Below, piece by piece: positions 8,363 to 15,989 of a stretch of DNA of 32,305 nt. Below the pieces are notes generated by a model. It was not told the origin of the DNA and did no database searches. It worked only from the letters and a program-made list of their open reading frames with translations. The translations under genes and the position numbers were made by a program. The DNA lies in the IMG/VR virus record IMGVR_UViG_3300025874_000046, positions 1-32,305 of that record, one strand, 5' to 3'. The DNA is from a virus (taxonomy: Duplodnaviria; Caudoviricetes). Within the stretch, counting starts at the first letter, position 1, and every line of letters starts with the position of its first letter.

Positions 8363-11300
8363 ATGATCTTGTCAATTATTATTGCCGTTGTAGCCGTTGT
8401 CGGCTCTGTAGTAATGCAGAAAAAAATGGAACAGGATATGAAAGACCAGCAAGCTGGGTTTCTTGTATCAAAAAGTGGGGGGTCAAACCCACTGCGTATT
8501 ATTTATGGTAAGCGCCGTATTAGTACAGACACTATTTGGAAAGACTCATCGCATAAATACATGGCACAGGATCTTAGTGAAGCCGACTCATATCATGTAG
8601 CAAATAGCGAGGTAATCGTTCATGGTGGTACGTCGGCAACAGCAGGTAATAGAAGACATAAAGATTATTTGCACAGGCTAGATGCTTGGTGCCAAGGACC
8701 TATTGAGTCCATATTAAATATAAAAGTAGATGATGATGTAATTACGCACCCACGATTAAGCGTTGGTGGTCCTGCGCCTATACGCGTTCTAAACAAGCAT
8801 GGCGCAGATAGCCAGGAAATGTTTACATCATTAGTTACAAATCAAGATGAAATTTCTGCAGACATGAAAGGTCAAAACGTAGCATACTCCTGGTCAAGAT
8901 TTTATTATGATATTGAGTCACCTGAGTACCAGGGTGAGCCAACATTAACGGCTGAAATTAAAGGCACACTAGTATGGGATCCACGCGTTAACCCAAGCGA
9001 TCCTAGCATTAAAGCATGGTCCACTAACCCGGCACTATGTCTTTTAGATTACCTTACGGCCTCGTATGGTCGCAATTTAGATGTTGCTGATATAGAGCTA
9101 GATAGTTTTATTGCAGGCGCAAACTCTTGCGACGCGGTTGTGGCACTTCCTGCTGAAACTGTTGTGGTAACCGGAGGTGACTACTACAACCCAACAACCG
9201 GAGAATACCATACACTTGCTGAAGGCGACACATATACATGGCATCGCTATGGACAAGCTGTTAACTCTGCACCACGTTACTCTTGTAATGTAGTTTTAGA
9301 GTCAACCAACAGCACTAAAGATAACGCACAGGAAATTTTAAAGTGCATGAAGGGCTCTTTGCCGTTTATACAGGGTAAGTACAAGCTAGTGTTAGAGGAG
9401 CCTGGTAGCTCTGTTATGAGCTTTAATAACGACAATATACTTGGCACCGTCTCTATAGGTTTTGCAGATAGGGCTAAACGATTAGGCCGTTGTACTGTTA
9501 AATTCCCAAATGCAAACAAAGGTTATAAGCCGGATACAATAAGTTGGCCTGCTGCCTACAGCACTTTACATAATGCCTATATGGCTAACGACAATGGGGA
9601 CGATTTACACACGGAAGTTGAGCTGACAGGTGTAACTGACTTGTACCAAGCACGTGACCTTGCAGAATTTATGGTTCGGGATTCGCGCACCCAAGAGTTT
9701 ATTACATTTAAAGCACAACCCTCTGCATTAGTCTTGGAGTGTGGCGATCTTATTACAGTTACAAATGACATTTTAGATATAACTAATAAGGTTTACCGTG
9801 TTCGCACAATGACAATGAATGCTGATTTAACGGTTGATATTAAGGCCCAGGAATACGATCCAAGTGTATATCCTTGGAACCTTACCGACGAAGATTCCGA
9901 GGCTGTAGCACTTGAGCAAGCCCCAACTGCTTTTGATACACCAAGCCCAATTACTAGTTTACAGGCCATGTCAGTTACAGAATCAAACACAGATGGCACT
10001 GCAAGCGCACGTATAGTGGCTGTGTGGGAACAGCTTGAGTCAAATACGGCAGCCCCTGAGCTAATTGAAATTGGGTTTCAACAAGGCAGTGAATCTGTAA
10101 TTTCATGGGTAACACTGCCCCCAGAAGCACAGGCTTATGCATGGGTTGGGCTCCCAGACAACACGCCCTTTACTGTGTATGCTCGGTATAAAAACAGTTT
10201 TGGACGGTTTTCAGCAACTACTAGTGCGGCAGTTACAACACCAACTGCCAACACGGAAATTTCTGCAACTGACCAGACAGCACGAACTTCTGCCGATGAT
10301 GCGCTTTTAGCTGCAAGTGCTGCGCAAGCAACTGCTGGGGAAAAAATATATGCTTTTTATGAACCATCATATATCCAAAGCACCTCAGTTATAGGGCCAG
10401 AGCTTGTTGAAAACGGTTCTTTTACTGGTTCGTCTACCTACAATGGGGATGTGTCGACATTTACAGGGGTAGATGGCACTATTTCGTCATATTACACCTC
10501 TGCGCGTCTTGTTGAAGATGATAATATCAATCCAGTGTATGCCTACATTCCAATAACTACGGTACCTGGCAAAGACTATCAAATGAAAGTGGATAAGTAT
10601 TATGGCCAATTTTCGGTGAGGCTTTCAGTATCAACAACAAAGTCCAATGATCATGTATATGCATCAACACCCACTTCTAATAGTAACTCCATTGAACTTA
10701 GCCAGTACTTTACAGCACGAAGTGAAACTACCTATGTGTTATTTGAAGCGATTAATTCAAGTGTAGGCCAATACTGTGGTTTTGATAATGTTTCGGTAAA
10801 AGAGGTAAGTCCAACGCGCTGGCAGCCAACCGCCAATGCTATTGGTGACCTTTGGGTTGATACTGCTGATAACAATAAGTTGTTCAGATGGAGTGGTTCT
10901 GCATGGCAATCAGCCCAGGACGGTAGCACTTATGACGCACTTGTTGGTGCCGCCAGCGCAGCACAAACGGCGGTGCTATCTTCTGAACACGCTCAGGATG
11001 CACTTGTTGGTGCCGCCGCAGCAGAACAAGCGGCGTCGCTATCTTATGAATACGCTCAGTCTGCTCTTGGTACCGCCGACTCCGCAGAACAAGCGGCGTG
11101 GCGAGCTTCTCATGACGCTCAGACTGCTCTTAATGGTGCCTACAGCGCAGACCAAACGGCGTGGCAATCTTCTGAATACGCTCAGCAGGCACTTGACGCA
11201 GCCAAGGGCGCTGTAGCTGTAGCAGCTTTAGCGCAAACCGAGCAGGAAGTGCTTAGTGCTATTGCAGCTGACACTACCCAAATAAATGGCGCCCGCATTA

Positions 11301-11575
11301 TAACTGGTACTGTAAACGCTGCTGATATAACAGCAACGACAGAGTTAACTGTTGGAACAAGCCAGGATGTGGCTAAAGTATCAGGCTCAGATAGCAACTA
11401 CCGTATTTGGGTAGGGCACACGCAGCCTAACTCAGCACCATTCAAAGTAGCTAAAGATGGCGCGGTAACTATCAAAAGTGCTACTACGGGCGAGCGCTTA
11501 GAGATTGTAAGCGACCGAATAAAAGTCTATGACTCGACTGGTCAACTGCGAGTGCAGCTGGGTGATTTAAGCTAA
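8363..11575 (+). CDS. Tail tip / central fibre protein (lambda gpJ-like) with Fn3-like, carbohydrate-binding-like and coiled-coil regions
   Basis: 1070 aa. Motifs PLRIIYGKRR, GPIESI, KGTLVWDPR, WSTNPALCLLDYL, LECGDLITVT and GDLWVDT, ending in RIKVYDSTGQLRVQLGDL. Confidence 0.9.
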   Translation: MILSIIIAVVAVVGSVVMQKKMEQDMKDQQAGFLVSKSGGSNPLRIIYGKRRISTDTIWKDSSHKYMAQDLSEADSYHVANSEVIVHGGTSATAGNRRHKDYLHRLDAWCQGPIESILNIKVDDDVITHPRLSVGGPAPIRVLNKHGADSQEMFTSLVTNQDEISADMKGQNVAYSWSRFYYDIESPEYQGEPTLTAEIKGTLVWDPRVNPSDPSIKAWSTNPALCLLDYLTASYGRNLDVADIELDSFIAGANSCDAVVALPAETVVVTGGDYYNPTTGEYHTLAEGDTYTWHRYGQAVNSAPRYSCNVVLESTNSTKDNAQEILKCMKGSLPFIQGKYKLVLEEPGSSVMSFNNDNILGTVSIGFADRAKRLGRCTVKFPNANKGYKPDTISWPAAYSTLHNAYMANDNGDDLHTEVELTGVTDLYQARDLAEFMVRDSRTQEFITFKAQPSALVLECGDLITVTNDILDITNKVYRVRTMTMNADLTVDIKAQEYDPSVYPWNLTDEDSEAVALEQAPTAFDTPSPITSLQAMSVTESNTDGTASARIVAVWEQLESNTAAPELIEIGFQQGSESVISWVTLPPEAQAYAWVGLPDNTPFTVYARYKNSFGRFSATTSAAVTTPTANTEISATDQTARTSADDALLAASAAQATAGEKIYAFYEPSYIQSTSVIGPELVENGSFTGSSTYNGDVSTFTGVDGTISSYYTSARLVEDDNINPVYAYIPITTVPGKDYQMKVDKYYGQFSVRLSVSTTKSNDHVYASTPTSNSNSIELSQYFTARSETTYVLFEAINSSVGQYCGFDNVSVKEVSPTRWQPTANAIGDLWVDTADNNKLFRWSGSAWQSAQDGSTYDALVGAASAAQTAVLSSEHAQDALVGAAAAEQAASLSYEYAQSALGTADSAEQAAWRASHDAQTALNGAYSADQTAWQSSEYAQQALDAAKGAVAVAALAQTEQEVLSAIAADTTQINGARIITGTVNAADITATTELTVGTSQDVAKVSGSDSNYRIWVGHTQPNSAPFKVAKDGAVTIKSATTGERLEIVSDRIKVYDSTGQLRVQLGDLS
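10934..11185 (+). repeat. Four tandem 63-bp (21-aa) degenerate coding repeats in the tail tip gene
   Basis: DALVGAASAAQTAVLSSEHAQ / DALVGAAAAEQAASLSYEYAQ / SALGTADSAEQAAWRASHDAQ / TALNGAYSADQTAWQSSEYAQ; each unit ends in acgctcag. Confidence 0.9.
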
Positions 11576-11576
11576 C

Positions 11577-11608
11577 AAAAAAGGGCTCTTCGGGGCCCTT
11601 AATTATTT
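11577..11608. terminator. Hairpin with C(UUCG)G loop, possibly a bidirectional terminator
   Basis: AAGGGCTC-TTCG-GGGCCCTT, with an A tract upstream and an AT-rich tail downstream. Confidence 0.65.
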
Positions 11609-11620
11609 AAGGAGAAGCTA

Positions 11621-11893
11621 ATGAGTTTTGGCTTAAAAATTTATGATGAGTCTGGTAACACGCGCCTCGACGTTGCAGACCGCCAAATAAGGTTTCTAGG
11701 GACCTATAGGGGTACTCTTACTTATGGCACTCCTGCTGAAATCTTAATCCCTGGAATGACCAATGATGGTACGTGGGGTATCAATATTCTTAACGTAAGA
11801 GCGACTACGGATATTAGAATTGGTGAGGGCAAGGTTGAGCTTGATTCTACGTTTCCAAGTAGTAGCTATGCAGTGCAGGTGTTTCGGATATGA
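11621..11893 (+). CDS. Small tail-tip accessory protein
   Basis: RBS taaggag. The MSFGLKIYDESG start is typical of small proteins that follow gpJ-like genes. Confidence 0.65.
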   Translation: MSFGLKIYDESGNTRLDVADRQIRFLGTYRGTLTYGTPAEILIPGMTNDGTWGINILNVRATTDIRIGEGKVELDSTFPSSSYAVQVFRI

Positions 11894-12615
11894 GCTACGG
11901 ATTTAAAAGTATTAACAACGATGGTATTACCCAAATTGACGGTGCTAATGACAATATTGCAATTATTGCTACTGGTACAGCTGTTGCGCAAACAAAAGAG
12001 GGACCCTTAGATAATACGACAGTGCCGTACCCTGCAAATTTACCTGATGACATTTTAATCTTTGCAAAACCTTCAGATCCTGAAGCAGCAACAGGTATTC
12101 CGTTTACCTGTATCCAAAAAAGTACAGGGCTACAGTTTTTATTACCACGATACAACACAGCAACAATTGATATTGATTGGGCTATTGGTGTAAAGCACTC
12201 AGATATGCCCGCAGATACAAGCCCAGGTTGGGGTATTAAAATTTTTAATGACTCGGGTGGTGCCGCCTTTTCATCCAATAATAAAAATTTTAGGTGCCAA
12301 TACGCGGCATTTGAAATTGTAGAATACTTAAGATGGGACCCAGTGACCGTTTTTAATATTAATGATCTAACAACAACTTACTGCTTAATGACTGGCCATG
12401 GCACAGCAGGCTATGTCTGGAGTGGCCAATTGCGCCTAATTTATTCAATATTCATTGTCTACGATATTAATGCCGGTCCGGATGTGAACCAAGTAGATGG
12501 GACAATTGGGTTTTGGACAGGTGCTAGGCAAGCTATGGGCTTTAACATGGGTGGCAACTCTGGGGGCAGGTTTGGAAGTGGCTCGCTTGTGCATTTAGTT
12601 GGATCAATAGTCTAG
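11890..12615 (+). CDS. Tail-tip accessory / putative receptor-binding protein
   Basis: ATGA overlap. Repeated motif MSYGFKSINNDG / WGIKIFNDSG..FSS, related to the previous gene. Confidence 0.6.
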   Translation: MSYGFKSINNDGITQIDGANDNIAIIATGTAVAQTKEGPLDNTTVPYPANLPDDILIFAKPSDPEAATGIPFTCIQKSTGLQFLLPRYNTATIDIDWAIGVKHSDMPADTSPGWGIKIFNDSGGAAFSSNNKNFRCQYAAFEIVEYLRWDPVTVFNINDLTTTYCLMTGHGTAGYVWSGQLRLIYSIFIVYDINAGPDVNQVDGTIGFWTGARQAMGFNMGGNSGGRFGSGSLVHLVGSIV

Positions 12616-12627
12616 GAGGCTTTAACT

Positions 12628-13044
12628 ATGAAACATAAAACAAGTGCATTAGCACTTCTTAAGCAACATGAGGGCTTTGAGCAGTTCCCCTATGCAGATA
12701 GCCTAGGAACACTCACAATTGGCTATGGGCGCAATTTACAAGCCCGAGGGTTGGCTGAACATGAGGCAAGCTACTTATTAGAACACGATATTGATTTAGC
12801 TGAAAAGTACCTGGGTGCTTATGATTATTATGTAGAGTTAAGTGGTTATAGGAAAGCTGTTTTAATTGATATGATGGTTAATATGGGGCCTAGTCGTTTA
12901 GCAAAATTTATACGTATGCATGCCGCGCTTTTAAATAGAGACTACGAACTAGCAGCCCTAGAAATGCTTGATAGTAAATGGGCTGGGCAAGTAGGCCAAC
13001 GCGCCCTCACATTATCAAAAGTAATGAAGGCAGGTGTTTTATGA
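12628..13044 (+). CDS. Endolysin, T4-type lysozyme (GH24)
   Basis: HEG...YADSLGTLTIGYG gives the E-x8-D-x5-T catalytic triad. Also EMLDSKWAGQVGQRA. RBS aggagg. Confidence 0.92.
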   Translation: MKHKTSALALLKQHEGFEQFPYADSLGTLTIGYGRNLQARGLAEHEASYLLEHDIDLAEKYLGAYDYYVELSGYRKAVLIDMMVNMGPSRLAKFIRMHAALLNRDYELAALEMLDSKWAGQVGQRALTLSKVMKAGVL

Positions 13045-13451
13045 GCATAAACCCATTAACAGTCATTAAGGAAATATTTGCACCTGCTGCAGAGTTAGTT
13101 GATAACCTTCACACCAGTGATGAAGAGAGGCTTCAAGCCAAACAACAGCTTCTTCAGATACAAACTGCGGTTAGTTTGCAGCTACTGGAATACGAGCAAA
13201 ACATAATGGAAAGTAAGCACAGCGTAATTATTGCTGAAGCCACAAGTGATGGCTGGCTCCAAAAGAATTGGCGCCCTGTAACCATGATTACATTTCTAGG
13301 ACTTGCTGTTGCAGATAGCTTTGGTTGGCTTGCGTCGCCACTAGCCCCACAAGCATGGACTTTGCTTCAAGTGGGGCTTGGTGGCTATGTAATAGGCCGT
13401 TCGGCTGAGAAGGCAATTCCTAATATAATGAAAATTCTTAGCAGCAAATAA
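13041..13451 (+). CDS. Holin (GTA-type 3TM holin family)
   Basis: ATG at 13041 overlaps the lysozyme stop. Motifs HTSDEERL, AEATSDGWLQKNWRP and GLGGYVIGRSAEK, with hydrophobic segments. Confidence 0.8.
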   Translation: MSINPLTVIKEIFAPAAELVDNLHTSDEERLQAKQQLLQIQTAVSLQLLEYEQNIMESKHSVIIAEATSDGWLQKNWRPVTMITFLGLAVADSFGWLASPLAPQAWTLLQVGLGGYVIGRSAEKAIPNIMKILSSK

Positions 13452-13511
13452 GGTGTTGGTGCCACCTAAAAGCACTAGCACACTCCACTCACCACTAATA
13501 AGGAGTGTCTT

Positions 13512-13739
13512 ATGAGTAACTACTACACCTCTCTGATAGAAAAAATAGAAAAGCAAAATAGCTATTCTTTGAAGGACAAAATGGAAGTTCAATATCAACT
13601 CCGCGAAATCTCTCAAAAGCTACAGACGCTACTCACTAGAACCTCATACTTTTTTAGGATCATAATGGTTTTACAAATTATGAGCATTGGTGTGAGCAAT
13701 TTTGAAACCTTGCTACCATTACTTCGGCTGTTCTTATAG
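13512..13739 (+). CDS. Small coiled-coil protein with C-terminal hydrophobic segment (possible lysis accessory)
   Basis: RBS taaggag; last gene before the late terminator; hydrophobic C-terminus. Confidence 0.55.
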   Translation: MSNYYTSLIEKIEKQNSYSLKDKMEVQYQLREISQKLQTLLTRTSYFFRIIMVLQIMSIGVSNFETLLPLLRLFL

Positions 13740-13745
13740 CCTTTT

Positions 13746-13767
13746 GCCCCGCTTCGGCGGGGTTTTT
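13746..13767 (+). terminator. Intrinsic terminator ending the late operon
   Basis: GCCCCGC-TTCG-GCGGGGT followed by TTTT. Confidence 0.9.
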
Positions 13768-13882
13768 ATTGTAATATACTATGATAGCAATATGTTATTA
13801 ATCAATTTATTAATATATAATAATTAGGTTAGCAAAGAGCTAATATAAAGTAACGTAACTACAATTAAATAAGGCAACAAAA

Positions 13883-14206
13883 ATGCATAAGCAAGGGAAA
13901 AGAGACAATACGAGCATGGAGCTCAGAACACAGGCGGGGCTTTTTGTAAAAGCATTAAGAGCACACCAAGGTATAACCCAACGTGACATTGCGGTTGCTT
14001 TGAAGCTAAACTATTACACAATGATTTCACAGATTGAAAGCGGTTCAGCCCGCATACCCCCTGATCTTTATGTGGCCTATGCTAAAGTGCTTAAAGTAGA
14101 TTCTGCTTTGTTTGTTCAAAAACTTCTTCAGTATTATGACCCACACACTTACAAAGCGCTGTATGGTTCAAAACGCTTAACTGTTAATGACTTAATAGGC
14201 ATCTAA
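13883..14206 (+). CDS. XRE-family HTH regulator, probable repressor
   Basis: VKALRAHQGITQRDIAVAL...MISQIESG is an XRE HTH. It ends 3 nt before the integrase start, after an AT-rich promoter region. An alternative start exists at 13916. Confidence 0.85.
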   Translation: MHKQGKRDNTSMELRTQAGLFVKALRAHQGITQRDIAVALKLNYYTMISQIESGSARIPPDLYVAYAKVLKVDSALFVQKLLQYYDPHTYKALYGSKRLTVNDLIGI

Positions 14207-14209
14207 CTT

Positions 14210-15226
14210 ATGCGCGTTTTTAAACGCACCGATAGCCCTTTGTGGCAAATTGAGCTTTCTACACCAAAGGGCAAACAACGGTTTTCATCTAAAACATCTA
14301 TTAAAAGAGAAGCTGTTCGTCTTGCTACCTACAAACAACAGCAAGTTAATGACGCACAAAATTATGATAAAAAGATGAGCATTACGCTCAAAGAAGCCTG
14401 TGCCTTATATCTTGAAGAGCAGTTTCGAAAATCTGAAGCTACTTATTTAAACTCAAAATTCAATATAAGGCATTTATTAGATGAGGCTGTCTGGTCTCCG
14501 GAAGTACCATTCGAAACTATAACGGCTAAACAGGTTTTAAAACTACAAAAAGTTAAAGGCCATTTAAGCAATAATTCTATTAACCACATAACAACAGCTC
14601 TCGTAACTATGAAAAACCGTGCTGAAATTTGGGAGGTTCGAGCACCTACATTTAAAATTAAAAAACTAAAAGCGGTACAAAAGTTTAGATATTTAAGAGC
14701 CGGTGAGGAAGAGCAACTATTAGCGGCTTGTAAAGAACAGAATATTAAAGACCTTATTATTTTTTTAGTAGACACTGGCATGCGCATTGGTGAAGCAGTG
14801 GCTACTATGTGGTGTGATATAGAAGCAGGCAGTGTTGTAGTGTTCCGCAGTAAGACAGGCAATAGGACACTTCTTCCAATAACACCCAGGCTGCAAAAGA
14901 TCTTAAACGAGCGTGAGTTACGTTCGGTAAGTGCTTACATATTCCCACATGCCACTGTGTCAGGGGCCCACCGCACACCTGCAACAAAAGGTATTCGTTT
15001 AGCAGCCATGCGCGCTGGACTTAACACGCCTGAAATTGTTAAACGCTTTGGTAAGTTTACAGCGCATAGCTTAAGAGATACCTACGCAACACGCCTGGTT
15101 AAAGCCGGGCTTTCTTTGTACCAAGTTCAAATTATGCTTGGGCATGCTTCTACCCAACAAACTCAAAAGTACGCACATTTAACTACGGCAGATATAGGTA
15201 ATAAAGTTCTTGAGGCACTTTCTTAG
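14210..15226 (+). CDS. int: Tyrosine integrase
   Basis: Catalytic R (DTGMRIGE), K (SKTG), HxxR (HSLR), H (LGH) and Y (TQKYAH), with an N-terminal arm-binding-like region. Confidence 0.95.
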   Translation: MRVFKRTDSPLWQIELSTPKGKQRFSSKTSIKREAVRLATYKQQQVNDAQNYDKKMSITLKEACALYLEEQFRKSEATYLNSKFNIRHLLDEAVWSPEVPFETITAKQVLKLQKVKGHLSNNSINHITTALVTMKNRAEIWEVRAPTFKIKKLKAVQKFRYLRAGEEEQLLAACKEQNIKDLIIFLVDTGMRIGEAVATMWCDIEAGSVVVFRSKTGNRTLLPITPRLQKILNERELRSVSAYIFPHATVSGAHRTPATKGIRLAAMRAGLNTPEIVKRFGKFTAHSLRDTYATRLVKAGLSLYQVQIMLGHASTQQTQKYAHLTTADIGNKVLEALS

Positions 15227-15374
15227 CTTCTAATTATAGTTGCATAGTTTATGCATATAAGTATAATCAAAGACTATTAAGTTAAGTAACTTTATATATT
15301 GTAAGTACGCTAAATAAAATTATGCGGGCATACTTGTGACGTTTGGAATTTAATTTAAATAGAGGGTAAAGGGA

Positions 15375-15632
15375 ATGACTTGGTTATTAAAAGGGTTTAT
15401 TAAGAGCAAAGCAAAACCGGAAAGTTCAATTAGCTATGCGCACGAAGTAGTATCACTAGGGTCTTATGCTTTAAAAAAGTATGGGGCTGCAAACATTACG
15501 CTTTTTCAGTTAGACCAGGCAGAGGCGCTTGGTCACTTCGCTGACAATACCGGATTAACTGCAAACCCTACTGATTCAAAGGTTCTTTGTTTTGTAACTA
15601 CAAAAAAGGACACAAAAGAGACGCAGTACTAA
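15375..15632 (+). CDS. Hypothetical protein between int and the attP core
   Basis: 85-aa ORF with a purine-rich upstream region. No recognisable motif; its 3' end overlaps the candidate arm sites. Confidence 0.35.
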   Translation: MTWLLKGFIKSKAKPESSISYAHEVVSLGSYALKKYGAANITLFQLDQAEALGHFADNTGLTANPTDSKVLCFVTTKKDTKETQY

Positions 15633-15862
15633 TTTAGTAGTTAAGTAACTTTGTAAGGCTTACCCCTGTAAGCCAGTGGTAGCCTGCTTAATTTGGCTCC
15701 GCCTGCTGGGCTCGAACCAGCGACCCAATGATTAACAGTTGGTTGCAGGGGCCCCTACAACTACCTTACCTACGCCGAAAGGCTTGTAAATACTGACTTC
15801 CCAAAATCAAACCCTTTTAACTCTGGCTTAAAAAAGCCGGAAAGTGGACACGTTTTGGACAC
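15608..15862 (+). promoter_or_regulatory. Candidate integrase arm-type sites flanking the attP core
   Basis: Two direct pairs with 11-nt spacing: GGACAC (15608)/AGACGC (15619) and GGACAC (15846)/GGACAC (15857). Both pairs are followed by RGTAC. Confidence 0.6.
15694..15739 (-). mobile_element. attP core: 3' half of tRNA-Asn(GTT)
   Basis: The minus strand reads ACTGTTAATCATTGGGTCGCTGGTTCGAGCCCAGCAGGCGGAGCCA: anticodon loop CTGTTAA, T-arm GCTGG-TTCGAGC-CCAGC, acceptor strand and CCA. The 5' half of the tRNA is absent. Confidence 0.92.
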
Positions 15863-15863
15863 G

Positions 15864-15929
15864 GTACAGTAACTTTGCGTTAATTAATTGGTATTAAAGG
15901 TTTACGCAATATATGTATCACGACATTAT
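15864..15929 (+). promoter_or_regulatory. Operator plus sigma70-type promoter of the phage RNAP gene
   Basis: GTACAGTAACTTTGCGTTAA at 15864, then TTTACG(15901)-N17-CATTAT(15924), sharing the CGACAT(A/T)AT box with the cassette promoters. Confidence 0.65.
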
Positions 15930-15989
15930 CAGCTGTTAACGAATGGTAATTTTAGCAATCAAGTAACACAACTTGTCTAGGAGATAGAT

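Noticed and set aside
10934-11185. Diversity-generating retroelement TR/VR pair
   Set aside because: The repeats are tandem and in-frame, differences are not confined to adenines, and no reverse transcriptase is in the window.
10836-11216. Alternative-frame + strand ORF with repeated HLLVPP..KRR motifs
   Set aside because: It is an off-frame reading of the 63-bp repeats inside the tail tip gene and has no RBS.
15694-15770. Complete phage tRNA-Asn gene
   Set aside because: The sequence 5' of the anticodon loop cannot form the anticodon stem, D-arm or acceptor 5' strand; only the 3' half is present.
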